Made by a program: the position numbers and the translations under genes | In this document: one piece after another, positions 28,225 through 38,050 of the stretch | Layout of the letters: each line of letters opens with the position of its first letter | Position numbering within the stretch: the stretch's first letter is position 1 | Notes under the pieces: generated by a model | The model's input: the letters and a program-made list of their open reading frames with translations, nothing else | Told to the model about the DNA's origin: nothing | Database searches by the model: none | Source: an uncultured Chloroflexia bacterium | GTDB lineage: Bacteria > Chloroflexota > Anaerolineae > Anaerolineales > E44-bin32 | Length of the DNA stretch: 64,000 nucleotides | NCBI GenBank assembly: GCA_963807065.1 | Contig: CAWDZQ010000004.1 | Coordinates: 450,249-514,248, forward strand | Reading direction: 5' to 3'

Positions 28225-29628
28225 ATGCCTGACTACAACTATGATCTGGTGGTGATCGGATCCGGCCCCGCCGGACAACGCGCCGCCATCCAGGCGGCCA
28301 AAATCGGCAAGCGAGTGGCGATCGCCGAACGGCGATCCGTCGTCGGCGGCGTGTGCATCAACACGGGAACCATTCCCAGCAAGACCTTGCGCGAAGCCGC
28401 GCTGTACCTGTCCGGGTACAGCGAACGTGGGCTCTACGGCTCGTCTTATGCCGTCAAAGAGCACATCACCGTCGACGATCTGGTCTTCCGTGCCAACCAC
28501 GTTATTCAGAATGAAATTGACGTTATCCACAACCAGTTGAGGCGTAATGATGTGGAACTGTTCGCCGCCGAGGCCGGATTCGCCGATCCTCACACGCTGC
28601 GCCTCAAGGATGTGGACAGTTCGGAGGAGCGCCAGATCACCACGAACTTCGTGGTCATCGCTTGCGGCACCACCGCCACGCGTCCCGAGCACATCCCCTT
28701 CGACCAGACCCACATCATGGCCAGCGACGATATCATGCATCTCGACACTATTCCTCGCACCCTGACCGTGGTCGGCGGCGGGGTGATCGGCCTGGAGTAC
28801 GCCAGTATTTTCGCCGCCTTGGGTGTGCGCGTCACCGTCGTCGATCGTCGGCCCAACCTGCTGCCCTTTGTCGACGAAGAGATCGTCGACGCGCTCATAT
28901 ATCAGATGCGCCAGGACCGCATGACTCTGCGTCTGAACGAGACCGTCCAGCACATCTCGCCCGAACCGGACAAGGGGAGATACCAGGTCCGGATCGATCT
29001 AGAGAGCGGCAAACAGATCTGGACGGAGAAGGCTCTCTATAGCGTCGGGCGAACGGGTGCAACAGCGGACCTCAACCTGGCCGCAGCCGGGCTCAAGGCC
29101 GACGATCGTGGACGGCTTCTGGTGAACGAGAACTACCAGACCGACGTGCCCAACATTTACGCCGCCGGCGATGTCATCGGTTTCCCCAGCCTGGCGGCGA
29201 CGTCGATGGAGCAGGGTCGTTTGGCCAGTTGCCACGCGTTCGGAATTCCGGCCAACAGTGTGCCCGAATTGTTTCCCTACGGGATCTACACCATCCCCGA
29301 GATCTCCATCGTCGGGATGACCGAAGCCGAGCTCACCGAAGCCGGCGTGCCCTACGAGGTGGGCAAGGCCCATTACCGCGAAATCGCCCGCGGCCAGATC
29401 ATGGGTGATCAATCCGGCTTGCTGAAATTGATCTTTCACCTGGAGACGCGCAAACTCTTGGCGGTTCATATCATTGGTTCGGGCGCCAGCGAGCTGATTC
29501 ATATCGGACAGGCGGTGCTGGCCTTTGGAGGGACGGTTGATTACTTCGTCGAGACCGTCTTCAACTATCCGACGCTGGCCGAGTGCTACAAAACGGCCGC
29601 CTTCGATGGGATCAATCGACTGGGCTGA
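28225..29628 (+). CDS. sthA: Soluble pyridine nucleotide transhydrogenase (Si-specific NAD(P)+ transhydrogenase)
   Basis: 467 aa flavoprotein disulfide-reductase fold. GGVCINTGTIPSK has Thr replacing the second redox Cys, as in SthA. MPDYNYDLVVIGSGPAG at the N-terminus. Confidence 0.8.
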   Translation: MPDYNYDLVVIGSGPAGQRAAIQAAKIGKRVAIAERRSVVGGVCINTGTIPSKTLREAALYLSGYSERGLYGSSYAVKEHITVDDLVFRANHVIQNEIDVIHNQLRRNDVELFAAEAGFADPHTLRLKDVDSSEERQITTNFVVIACGTTATRPEHIPFDQTHIMASDDIMHLDTIPRTLTVVGGGVIGLEYASIFAALGVRVTVVDRRPNLLPFVDEEIVDALIYQMRQDRMTLRLNETVQHISPEPDKGRYQVRIDLESGKQIWTEKALYSVGRTGATADLNLAAAGLKADDRGRLLVNENYQTDVPNIYAAGDVIGFPSLAATSMEQGRLASCHAFGIPANSVPELFPYGIYTIPEISIVGMTEAELTEAGVPYEVGKAHYREIARGQIMGDQSGLLKLIFHLETRKLLAVHIIGSGASELIHIGQAVLAFGGTVDYFVETVFNYPTLAECYKTAAFDGINRLG

Positions 29629-29673
29629 ATCGCGTCCGCCTTCGAGGCTCGAGGCCGCCAGGAGTCAACCCCC

Positions 29674-30642
29674 ATGGGTACCGATTCATCCTCACCACTC
29701 CAACGCTCATTTCTTCCCCGGGTCTTCGTCAGCCCAGAGGAAACCCGCCTGCGTGCCGGCTGGCGCTTGCTGATTCACACGATCCTGCTCATCATCTTGT
29801 TGCTCATCTTCAGCACGGGCTTGGGGCTGTTAGGAACTGCGCTGGGGATGTTCGATCTTCAGGAGGCTCTCAGCGGCCAGGGTTTTGGGTCCGTCATCCC
29901 CGTGCTGGCCGAACTGCTTGCCATCAGCGCTTCCACCTGGATCGCCCGACGATTTCTTGATCGCCGCTCATTTGTCTCCCTGGGCTTCCGACCCGACCGG
30001 CACGTCCCGCTCGATCTCGCGTTTGGGTTCTTGCTGCCCGGCTTCCTCTTTGGGCTGGTGTATGCCTTTGAGGCCGGCATGGGCTGGCTTACTTACCAGG
30101 GCACGGCGCTTGAGGACGGCTTAGGGACGGGGATGATCTTCGGCTTGCTGGGCGGGTTGGTGCTGTTCATCATCGTCGGCTATCAGGAAGAGCTCCTCAG
30201 CCGTGGATACCACCTTCAGAATCTGGTGGACGGCCTCAATCTACCCTTGGGCATCCTGCTCTCCTCCTCGGTCTTCGCCCTGCTTCATCTGGGCAACCCG
30301 TCCGCCGACTGGGTCTCAACCGCAGGGATCTTGTTCGCCGGTATCTTTCTTGCCTACGCCTGGGTGCGCACGGGTAAACTCTGGTTGCCGATCGGGCTGC
30401 ACATCGGTTGGAATTTCTTCGAGGGCACTATCTACGGCTTTCCAGTCAGCGGGACGGGTGGCTTCCATTTCATCCGGCAGACGGTTTCGGGGCCCAAGCT
30501 CGTCACGGGAGGCGGCTTCGGCCCAGAAGCGGGTCTGGTCGTCATTCCCGCCCTGGCCCTGGGCGCGCTGGCCATCTGGTGGTACTCGCGCCGTCGCTCC
30601 GTGCTGATGCCCCCCATGCCGGGCCCGGACGACCGCCGTTGA
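29674..30642 (+). CDS. CPBP-family intramembrane glutamic endopeptidase (CAAX protease-like)
   Basis: Multi-TM protein with motifs EELLSRGY, FALLHLGN and HIGWNFFEG. Confidence 0.8.
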   Translation: MGTDSSSPLQRSFLPRVFVSPEETRLRAGWRLLIHTILLIILLLIFSTGLGLLGTALGMFDLQEALSGQGFGSVIPVLAELLAISASTWIARRFLDRRSFVSLGFRPDRHVPLDLAFGFLLPGFLFGLVYAFEAGMGWLTYQGTALEDGLGTGMIFGLLGGLVLFIIVGYQEELLSRGYHLQNLVDGLNLPLGILLSSSVFALLHLGNPSADWVSTAGILFAGIFLAYAWVRTGKLWLPIGLHIGWNFFEGTIYGFPVSGTGGFHFIRQTVSGPKLVTGGGFGPEAGLVVIPALALGALAIWWYSRRRSVLMPPMPGPDDRR

Positions 30643-31033
30643 GGCGCTCTTTCCATCCCGGCCGCGGGGCTCGTCGATCGAGTCGTGGTCCCCGGCCGAA
30701 GTCCTGCAGACGAAAGCGAAGGAGCTGCGGTCCAACCCTTGAGGGGTTCCGCCCTGCCCGGTCAGCTGACGACCAGAGCTTGCTCAGGTGACGGACCATC
30801 AACGGCCGCACAAGGGATCGAAGAGAATCCTCGTTCCCTCCTCAAAGAACCCGGAGATCGGATTATCATAGGAAGGGTGCGAGGGCGGTCCCTTGGACTT
30901 GGCGGGTGCAAGGGCCATTCTCGCTCCGGACGATCCGCGCACCAGCACGTCACGCCGCCTACGCGTTTGCGACGGTCGGCGTTTAGGGTCACATCCATCC
31001 CGCTCAACATGGCACTCGAAAGGAGCCCATCCC

Positions 31034-32032
31034 ATGGCAAAGGTAGCAATCAACGGTCTCGGCCGCATCGGCCGGGCGGCGTTCAAGGTCATCCTTGACG
31101 CGCCTGGCCTGGAACTGGTCGCAGTCAACGACATCGTCCCCGTGGAGACCATCGTCTATTTGTTGAAATACGATACGGTGTACGGACGTTATGGCAAATC
31201 GGTGGAGCACAAAGACGGCGAGTTGATCATCGAAGGCCGATCGATCAAGTTCTTCAGTGAACGGGACCCAGCCCAGCTGCCCTGGAAGTCGCTGGGGGTC
31301 GAAGCGGTCTTCGAATGCACCGGTGTGTTCACCAAGAAGGTCGACCTCGAGAAACACTTGCAGGCTGGCGCAAAGCACGTCATTCTTTCAGCACCGACCA
31401 AGGAAGCCGAGGTGATGACGATCGTCCACGGCGTGAACTCACCCGAAGGTGAAATGCCGTCGATCATTTCCTGCGCCAGCTGCACCACCAACTGCATCAC
31501 GCCTGTTGTGGAGATCATGGGGCGACGGGTTGGGGTCAAGAAGGCTATCATGACGACGGTCCACGCCTACACCTCGACCCAGTCGCTGGTGGATGCGCCT
31601 TCCAAGAAGCTCCGGCGCGGGCGGGCGGCGGCCGCCAACTTCGTGCCAACCTCCACCGGCGCCGCCATCGCCACCACCAAGGCCCTGCCCCAGCTTGAGG
31701 GGCGCTTCGACGGCGTCGCCATTCGTGCCCCCATCCCAGTGGGTTCGATCGCCGACATCATCTTCGTGACTGAGCGAAAGACCTCGGTGGACGAGGTCAA
31801 CGCCATCTTCCGTGAGGAGGCAGCCACTGACCGCTACAAGAAGATCCTGGCCGTCGCCGAGGACGAGATCGTGTCTTCAGACATCCTGGGTGATCCCCAT
31901 GCCTCGGTGGTCGATCCAGAAATAACTCAGGTGGTCGATGGCGATTTGGTCAAAGTCATGAGCTGGTATGACAACGAATGGGGCTACACCAACCAGATGG
32001 TTCGCGAAGCATGCCGCATGCTGGGGGTCTGA
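31034..32032 (+). CDS. gap: Type I glyceraldehyde-3-phosphate dehydrogenase
   Basis: Start MAKVAINGLGRIGR with AAAGGAG upstream. Active site SCASCTTNC. The track ORF from 30893 is over-extended. Confidence 0.95.
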   Translation: MAKVAINGLGRIGRAAFKVILDAPGLELVAVNDIVPVETIVYLLKYDTVYGRYGKSVEHKDGELIIEGRSIKFFSERDPAQLPWKSLGVEAVFECTGVFTKKVDLEKHLQAGAKHVILSAPTKEAEVMTIVHGVNSPEGEMPSIISCASCTTNCITPVVEIMGRRVGVKKAIMTTVHAYTSTQSLVDAPSKKLRRGRAAAANFVPTSTGAAIATTKALPQLEGRFDGVAIRAPIPVGSIADIIFVTERKTSVDEVNAIFREEAATDRYKKILAVAEDEIVSSDILGDPHASVVDPEITQVVDGDLVKVMSWYDNEWGYTNQMVREACRMLGV

Positions 32033-32074
32033 TCCCCAAGTAGGCAGTCCCGTTCGGTTGGCGAACAGTCATAA

Positions 32075-32113
32075 AGAGCGGGGAGAGGCCATCTCTCCCC
32101 GCTCTTTTGTTTT
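32075..32113 (+). terminator. Rho-independent terminator after gap
   Basis: AGAGCGGGGAGAG-GCCA-TCTCTCCCCGCTCT followed by TTTGTTTT. Confidence 0.85.
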
Positions 32114-32296
32114 CCAATATGGCGAGCGGCGTTTTTCCGCGTCTTCTCAACGTCGCTGATGATCTTGAAGGACCAGCCGCTCGAGCCTCCGCACGCGCAC
32201 CTGAACCAGCGCCACCTACGTCCACCCGAACAACAGGTCCAACCGCCGCGTTCATTGCCTGGACCTCGTCGCGTTGCCGGCCCCCAAAACTGCCTC

Positions 32297-32349
32297 TTGA
32301 CAGAACAGCACGTCTGTTCTATTGTTGGACCACTCAGAACACCTGTTCT
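32297..32349 (+). promoter_or_regulatory. Promoter with two AGAACA/TGTTCT inverted repeats (second matches the GAAC-N4-GTTC Cheo/SOS box)
   Basis: TTGACA (32297-32302), 17 nt, TATTGT (32320-32325). AGAACAG-N5-CTGTTCT fills the spacer (32302-32320). AGAACACCTGTTCT lies at 32336-32349, just before AGGAGG and the ATG at 32364. Confidence 0.6.
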
Positions 32350-32363
32350 ACAGGAGGTTTGAC

Positions 32364-33071
32364 ATGTCGGCTATCCCGTCCACCCGTAGAAGCCCGTTCA
32401 CTGCCCCAGATTGGCGAGGCCTGCTGCGCAGCGCCGTCCGCCAGGTGCCCGCCCAACGCGGGCTGATGATTGGCATGATCCTGGTCGTCGCCCTGGTGGC
32501 CTTCGAGACCTTCAACTTCAGCACCACCCAGTTCGCCCTCAACGATCTGTTGGGGGACTTCGCTTTCGCCGGCATCGGTTGGGCCACGATCTTGGCCCTC
32601 GCCTTCTGCAGCATTGACTTCGCCGGCATCGCCCGTTTACTGACCCCCGAAACCGGCCAAAAGGCGCCGGCCGAAGTCTGGTATTTGCTCGTGGCCTGGC
32701 TGCTGGGCGCCACGATGAACGCCATGCTGACCTGGTGGTCGGTTTCGCTGGCGCTCATCCAACACCAGGGCCTGGGCAACGAGGTGCTGGGACGGGCCGC
32801 CTTGCTCGACAGCGTCCCCATCTTCATCGCCGCGTTGGTCTGGCTCATTCGGGTCCTGCTCATTGGCAGCCTCACCCTGACCGGAGAACGGCTGTTCAGC
32901 CTCGGCCAGCGCCCGCGAAACGCCGTGCCCGCACGGCGCCCGTCCTCCCTGCCAGCTGCCGGCGTAACGGCTGCGCCCACCACCAACACGTCCCGGCCGA
33001 GGCCAGCTCCGCGGCGCGAGCCAACCTACGCTCCGGACCCGATGGTCGCCCGGGCCCAGACGCGCCGGTAA
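32364..33071 (+). CDS. Hypothetical integral membrane protein with Pro/Arg-rich tail
   Basis: Start MSAIPSTRR with AGGAGG 6 nt upstream. About 5 hydrophobic helices. No family recognised. Confidence 0.6.
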   Translation: MSAIPSTRRSPFTAPDWRGLLRSAVRQVPAQRGLMIGMILVVALVAFETFNFSTTQFALNDLLGDFAFAGIGWATILALAFCSIDFAGIARLLTPETGQKAPAEVWYLLVAWLLGATMNAMLTWWSVSLALIQHQGLGNEVLGRAALLDSVPIFIAALVWLIRVLLIGSLTLTGERLFSLGQRPRNAVPARRPSSLPAAGVTAAPTTNTSRPRPAPRREPTYAPDPMVARAQTRR

Positions 33072-33074
33072 TCC

Positions 33075-33825
33075 ATGACCACCCTAGCCGGGAGCGACAC
33101 CCATCCCGGTCGAGGGGCCCTGCGGCGGCGGAGATCTTGGCGCCCCCAGGGCCCCTCGCCTTCTCTGCTGTTGGCCATGATCCCTATCGCTCTACTGTCT
33201 GTTCTCACCCTGGCGTCCCTCAGAGCCTGGTCAGCCCTAAGGCCCTCGCTCGCTGCGCTCAGCGGTCCACCAAGAGGGCCCCTGCTCGCCTCCAGGCCGA
33301 TGGACCGTGGACCAGGCCACCTTTCGCCGGCCTTCACTCCCCAGGTTCTCCGCTGGGCCAACAAGATACAATCTTGGTCTTTGGAGACGGGGTTAGACCC
33401 CAATCTGATTGCCGTAGTCATGCAGATCGAGTTCTTGCGGGGACCCTGGCGCCCGATCGCCGTCCGGCGCTCTGGGTTTGTTCCAGGTGATGCCTTATCA
33501 TTTCCTGCCGGGCGACGCCCCCCTCGATCCAGACACCAACGCCCGACGCGGCCTACGTTACCTTTCCAGAAGTCTTGAGCTGGCCAAGACCGACCCACGT
33601 CTCGCCCTGGCCGGTTACAACGGGGGTCACACCCTGATCGATCAAGCCAGTCCCAACTGGCCCGCCGAAACCCAACGCTACGTCGCCTGGGGAACCGGCC
33701 TTCTAGATGACATCGCCAACGGACGAGAGCCGAGCCCCACACTCTCCCGCTGGCTCCGCGCAGGCGGAGATGCGCTCTGCGATCAGACGCAGGGCGCCCA
33801 ACCGCCAGCCCGGATCGCCCCCTAA
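33075..33825 (+). pseudogene. Lytic transglycosylase (SLT domain) gene interrupted by a +1 frameshift
   Basis: ORF 33075.. ends in ...LIAVVMQIE. Shifting one base after the GAG at 33429-33431 continues SCGDPGARSPSGALGLFQVMPYHF (SLT motifs) into ORF 33478..33825. Confidence 0.75.
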
Positions 33826-35309
33826 GCTGAATCCACCTGGTCAACGTCGCCGTCCATCTGGCTGGGCACGGGCGACGGCTCATCCCGTCCGCTCGACAAG
33901 TCAGGCGGCCTTCGCACCCCCTCGCTCATTTCCTTCGCCATCTTTGCCGTCAGCCTGGGTAGCCACACGGAAAAGGTCGTGCCCTGAGCAGGATCGGAAG
34001 CCACCTCGATGTTGCCTCCGTGGCTCCGCGTGATCCAGTACGCGATCGAAAGCCCCAGCCCTGCCCCGCCCCCCTTCGAACGCTGGCGGGAAGTGTCCGA
34101 CCTATAGAATCGCTCGAACACATGCGGTAGGTCTTCGGACGGAATGCCCGGGCCGGTGTCGGTCACGGTCAGGCGCGCCCACTCCCCAACACGGGCCAAA
34201 CCAATGTCAACCTGCCCACCCTTCGGAGTGTATTGAATGGCATTCGACAAGATGTTCAACAAGACCTGCTTGAGCCGGTCTCGGTCCCCGATCACACGGG
34301 CCTGGTCTTCGCGGCCGATATGAAGTTCCACTTTGTCCTGCGCCAGAATCTTGCCCTCTTTGAAGACGTCCAACAGGAGCGTGTCGATCTCGACCACGTC
34401 GTGGGCCAATGGCAGACGGCCCGACTCGGCCTGAGCCAGGATCAACAAGTCGTTCACCAAGCGCGTCATGCGCTTGACTTCGGAATCGATGGCCTCCATC
34501 GACTCCTGGTCCGGTGACGAGAGCCGCCTCAACAAATCCAGATTGCCCCTGATGGCCGTCAACGGCGTGCGCAATTCGTGAGACACATCGGCCAAGAAAC
34601 GCCGCTGCACGTCAAACAGTCGCTCAAGTCGCTCAAGCGTCTCATTGAAGGCCAGAATCAAACGCCCCGCCTCATCTTTTCCGGCTCCGTACTCAGGAAT
34701 CCTCCTGGAAAGGTCGTCTGCCCGGGTGATTTGAAGGGCCGTTTCGGTCACACGATCCAGCGGGCGCAGAGCGGCGCCGGCCGTCGTCCACCCCACCAGT
34801 GCGGCGATGATCAGAGAACTCAATCCGCCGCCAATGAGCACAATCAGCAGCAGCCTCTGGGCTTGATCGACCGGCGTGAGCGAGGTGGCCAATTGCAGGT
34901 AACCGACCACATGCTCCCCCTCCGTCCCGAGGACCGGGACGGTCAGCACGCGCATGTGCGTCCCGTTGATGTTCAGTGTGGAATAGGTGCGGACGGTATC
35001 GGCAAGCTGGTCCGGGTCAAACGCGTGGCCGATGGCCGGGACGTTGGCCGACTGGCTCCGAAGGCCGAATTGGCTGTCCCAGACCTGCACGTAGACATTG
35101 GTGGTCAGATCCAGCGCACGCAGTGTGAATGCCAGGGTGTCCGCTGATTGGCTGGCGAGCAGGATATCGTTGGCGGTCTTCGTCAGTGTGTCATCCGCTT
35201 GCCGGACCATGCTCAGGGAAACGATCGAGTACACGGCCGATCCGAACAGGATGAGCACGACCCCCAGTACGCTCGTGTACCATACTGTCAGCCTGCCGCG
35301 AAGGGTCAA
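33822..35309 (-). CDS. Sensor histidine kinase (two TM segments, HAMP, HisKA, HATPase_c)
   Basis: H-box [14 protein letters not shown]; N, G1 and G2 boxes ([29 protein letters not shown]). Its stop overlaps the convergent SLT stop. Confidence 0.9.
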   Translation of the reverse strand: MTLRGRLTVWYTSVLGVVLILFGSAVYSIVSLSMVRQADDTLTKTANDILLASQSADTLAFTLRALDLTTNVYVQVWDSQFGLRSQSANVPAIGHAFDPDQLADTVRTYSTLNINGTHMRVLTVPVLGTEGEHVVGYLQLATSLTPVDQAQRLLLIVLIGGGLSSLIIAALVGWTTAGAALRPLDRVTETALQITRADDLSRRIPEYGAGKDEAGRLILAFNETLERLERLFDVQRRFLADVSHELRTPLTAIRGNLDLLRRLSSPDQESMEAIDSEVKRMTRLVNDLLILAQAESGRLPLAHDVVEIDTLLLDVFKEGKILAQDKVELHIGREDQARVIGDRDRLKQVLLNILSNAIQYTPKGGQVDIGLARVGEWARLTVTDTGPGIPSEDLPHVFERFYRSDTSRQRSKGGGAGLGLSIAYWITRSHGGNIEVASDPAQGTTFSVWLPRLTAKMAKEMSEGVRRPPDLSSGRDEPSPVPSQMDGDVDQVDSA

Positions 35310-35983
35310 GCCGGCTCCCTCAAGACATACCCTACGCCGCGCACGGTATGGATTAGGCGTGATTCGCCGCCAGCTTCCAGCTTCTGCCTCAGGTAGCGGA
35401 CATAAACTTCGATGATGTTGCTTTCACCACCGAAGTCATAGCTCCACACCCGGTCGAAGATCACATCCCGCGTGAGCACCTGTCGAGGATGGCGCATAAA
35501 CAGCTCCAAGAGTTCGTATTCCTTGGCGGTCAACTCCACGGGACGCTCCCCCCGAAACGCCTGGTGGGTACCTGTATCGAGCTTCAAATCGACGTAGCTC
35601 AGAACCGGCGGAACTTCGGATTTCGTCCTGCGCAACAGCGCCCGGATCCGCGCCAACAGCTCGTCTAGCGCAAAGGGCTTGACCAAGTAGTCGTCAGCTC
35701 CAGCGTCGAGGCCCCGCACCCGATCTTCGACCGCATCCTTGGCCGTCAACATCAGAATGGGGATATCCGCCGTTTGCCGCAGTTGGCGGCATACTTCAAG
35801 ACCGTCCAATTCAGGCAGCATAACATCCAGCACGACCAGATCGGGAGGGGTGGACTCGGCCAGATCAAGACCGGTCTCCCCGTCCAGAGCCGTCTTCACA
35901 TCGTAGCCCTCGTAGGCCAGGCCTCGCTTTAGGAACTGGACAATGCGTTCTTCGTCTTCGATGACAAGGATGGTTTCGCGCAT
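35306..35983 (-). CDS. OmpR-family response regulator
   Basis: Receiver domain ([15 protein letters not shown] in LMLTAKD) plus winged-helix output ([13 protein letters not shown]...VRGVGY). 4-nt overlap with the kinase gene. Confidence 0.9.
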   Translation of the reverse strand: MRETILVIEDEERIVQFLKRGLAYEGYDVKTALDGETGLDLAESTPPDLVVLDVMLPELDGLEVCRQLRQTADIPILMLTAKDAVEDRVRGLDAGADDYLVKPFALDELLARIRALLRRTKSEVPPVLSYVDLKLDTGTHQAFRGERPVELTAKEYELLELFMRHPRQVLTRDVIFDRVWSYDFGGESNIIEVYVRYLRQKLEAGGESRLIHTVRGVGYVLREPA

Positions 35984-36038
35984 CAGAACCTCACCCGCGG
36001 AACTATATCACAACCCATTTTCCCGCCTTTCACCGCAG

Positions 36039-36069
36039 CCAAAAGAGCCGCCCGGTCATGGGCGGCTCT
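36039..36069 (-). terminator. Rho-independent terminator after rplL
   Basis: Minus strand AGAGCCGCCC-ATGACC-GGGCGGCTCT followed by TTTGGCT. Confidence 0.75.
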
Positions 36070-36097
36070 CGTGTTAAGGTGCAAGCAAAACTCGGAC

Positions 36098-36481
36098 CTA
36101 CGATAGTGCGACGGTGGCTCCAGCAGCCTCCAGCTTGCTTTTGGCGTCCTGGGCCATGTCCTTGGCAGCCGCTTCAAGCACTTTGGCATCTGCCGTTTCT
36201 GCCAGATCCTTGGCGTCCTTCAAGCCCAGCGATGTGATTTGCCGAATGGCCTTGATCACGTCGATCTTCTTCGGCCCTACGTCCTTAATGACGACGTCGA
36301 ACTCAGTTTGCTCCTCGGCCGCCTCGCCTGCTCCAGCCGCCCCTCCGGCGGGCATGGCGGCCATCGCCATCGGCGCAGCCGCCGAAACCCCCCACTTTTC
36401 CTCCAGCATTTCGGTGAGCTCGGCCGCTTCCAACACCGTCAGCTCGCTAAGCTCATCAACCAACTTCTTAAGATCTGCCAT
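36098..36481 (-). CDS. rplL: 50S ribosomal protein L7/L12
   Basis: 127 aa: [32 protein letters not shown]..., Ala-rich hinge, C-terminal [19 protein letters not shown]. Confidence 0.97.
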   Translation of the reverse strand: MADLKKLVDELSELTVLEAAELTEMLEEKWGVSAAAPMAMAAMPAGGAAGAGEAAEEQTEFDVVIKDVGPKKIDVIKAIRQITSLGLKDAKDLAETADAKVLEAAAKDMAQDAKSKLEAAGATVALS

Positions 36482-36507
36482 GATCGCCTTTCTCCTGGAT
36501 CTCTATT

Positions 36508-36523
36508 TGTGCGAAGTTTCACA
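36508..36523. promoter_or_regulatory. Palindrome TGTGc-N6-TCACA, copy 5 of 5 (rplJ-rplL spacer)
   Basis: aTTTGTGCgaagttTCACAAAa, 11 nt after the rplJ stop and 27 nt before the rplL start. Confidence 0.45.
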
Positions 36524-36533
36524 AAACCGACGG

Positions 36534-37073
36534 TCAGCCGGTTTCGGCTGCCGGCGCGCCCAAATCGGCGTATGCCTTGACGACGTTGACCACCTGGCGG
36601 ACTGAGCTGGCAACCACACTCGCCACCCGGCGGCCGGGAGCCTGCAGTACACCCAAGAACTGGGCTTGTACCACCGGCAGCGGCGGCAAATTAGCAAGGC
36701 GCTCAACCTGCGCTCGAGAAAAGATCTGCCCTTCGACGATCGCCCCCTTGACCTTGAGCAGCTCGCCTTCCTTGGCCAGGTCCACGATGGCCTTGGCCAC
36801 AGCGGGGATGTCGTCCGTGGCGAATCCAATCGCCGTCGTACCCTCGAAGGCATTCTCCGGCGCGCTCATCCCAGCTTCTTCAAGAACCAACTTCATCAGG
36901 CTGTTCTTGACGATGTGGAACTCGCCCCCCACCTCGCGAAGCTTCCTGCGCAGCTCCTCCAGATCCGTCACGGTCACGCCGGAGTAGCTGGTGAGCACAT
37001 GCCCACGGCTGCCCTCGATAAGCCGCCGATATTCTTCCACCAGTTCGTTCTTCCGTTGCTTGGTGATGGCCAA
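36534..37073 (-). CDS. rplJ: 50S ribosomal protein L10
   Basis: TTG start giving (M)AITKQRKNELVEEY, with AAGGGAGGTGA 7 nt upstream. The track ORF from 37148 is over-extended into the leader. Confidence 0.9.
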   Translation of the reverse strand: MAITKQRKNELVEEYRRLIEGSRGHVLTSYSGVTVTDLEELRRKLREVGGEFHIVKNSLMKLVLEEAGMSAPENAFEGTTAIGFATDDIPAVAKAIVDLAKEGELLKVKGAIVEGQIFSRAQVERLANLPPLPVVQAQFLGVLQAPGRRVASVVASSVRQVVNVVKAYADLGAPAAETG

Positions 37074-37245
37074 GTGAGCCTCACCTCCCTTCAAATAGAA
37101 AATGTCTTTGCTTCGCTCACCCAGCCTCAGCAAAGACACCGTCAGCACATCAGAAAAGTCATGCGTGCCGCTTGGTCTTCACCTCGGCAGGAGATTAAGC
37201 CCTCAGCGGGCACCTGCTGTCTTTGGCGAAGCAGCTTGTATTGTA
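37074..37245 (-). promoter_or_regulatory. rplJ leader: extended -10 promoter plus attenuator-type terminator (L10-leader-like)
   Basis: Minus strand TGaTACAAT (37240-37248), a stem GTGCCCGCT..AGCGGCAC enclosing GGGCTTAA, then GTCTTTGCT-N16-AGCAAAGAC plus ATTTTCTATTT (37093-37137) just before the RBS. Confidence 0.5.
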
Positions 37246-37284
37246 TCAGGCCCACACCTGGACGGCTAGGGCAGTCTGTGCGAA

Positions 37285-37989
37285 TTACATCGCCAACGCC
37301 GAAGCCGGATCGACCTTGATCCCCGGCCCCATCGTGGTCGACACCGTGACCTTGCGAACATAAGCGCCCTTGGCGGACGCCGGTCGGGCATGGTTGACCG
37401 CCTCCATCAGCGCGGCGAAGTTCTCGACCAGCTGCTGGGCTTCAAAGGAGGCCTTCCCGATTGGGACATGCAGATTGGCCGTCCGGTCCAAACGGAACTC
37501 AACTCGACCGGATTTCAGCTCATCAATGACGCGGCCGAGGTCGTCGCCGGGAACCACCGTCCCCGCCTTTGGATTGGGCATCAATCCGCGAGGCCCTAAA
37601 ATCTTGCCCAGCCTGCCGACCTGGCCCATCATCTCGGGCACGGCCACCGTCGCATCGAAATCGGTCCACCCGCCCTGGATCTTCTTGATCAGATCGGAAT
37701 CGGCCACGAAGTCGGCACCGGCTTCCTTGGCGGCCCGGGCCGCATCACCCTCGGCAAACACCACCACTCGCACCGTCTTGCCCAGCCCATGCGGCATCAT
37801 CACCGTTTCACGCACCTGCTGCTCGGCGTGCCGCGGATCGACACCCAACCTGATGTGGACCTCGACCGTCTCATCGAATTTGGCGAAGGCGTTCTTCTTG
37901 GCAAGCGCCAGCGCGTCCGCCGGGGAGTAGAGTTGATCCTTCTCGATGGTCGTTGCAGCTTGCTCGTACTTCTTTCCGTGCTTTGACAT
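37285..37989 (-). CDS. rplA: 50S ribosomal protein L1
   Basis: Start [12 protein letters not shown] with AAGGAG upstream. The track ORF from 38127 overlaps rplK and is rejected. Confidence 0.95.
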   Translation of the reverse strand: MSKHGKKYEQAATTIEKDQLYSPADALALAKKNAFAKFDETVEVHIRLGVDPRHAEQQVRETVMMPHGLGKTVRVVVFAEGDAARAAKEAGADFVADSDLIKKIQGGWTDFDATVAVPEMMGQVGRLGKILGPRGLMPNPKAGTVVPGDDLGRVIDELKSGRVEFRLDRTANLHVPIGKASFEAQQLVENFAALMEAVNHARPASAKGAYVRKVTVSTTMGPGIKVDPASALAM

Positions 37990-38050
37990 GCTCGATCTCC
38001 TTGTGGTCCAAGCGGGTGGCCACAGGGGCACCCTCCCACGTCTCGCTCGG

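Noticed and set aside
30643-31033. The 390-nt gene-free stretch upstream of gap as a possible ncRNA or small gene.
   Set aside because: I could not recognise any known RNA family signature, convincing hairpin-terminator pair or RBS-preceded ORF. It was left unannotated rather than guessed.
36534-37148. Track start codons that extend rplJ (37148), rplA (38127), gap (30893), surE (47495), thrS (18167), E1-alpha (10521) and E1-beta (9455) upstream.
   Set aside because: The extensions are Arg/Pro-rich, overlap upstream genes or leaders, and lack RBSs. Internal starts give canonical N-termini preceded by GGAGG-type sites.
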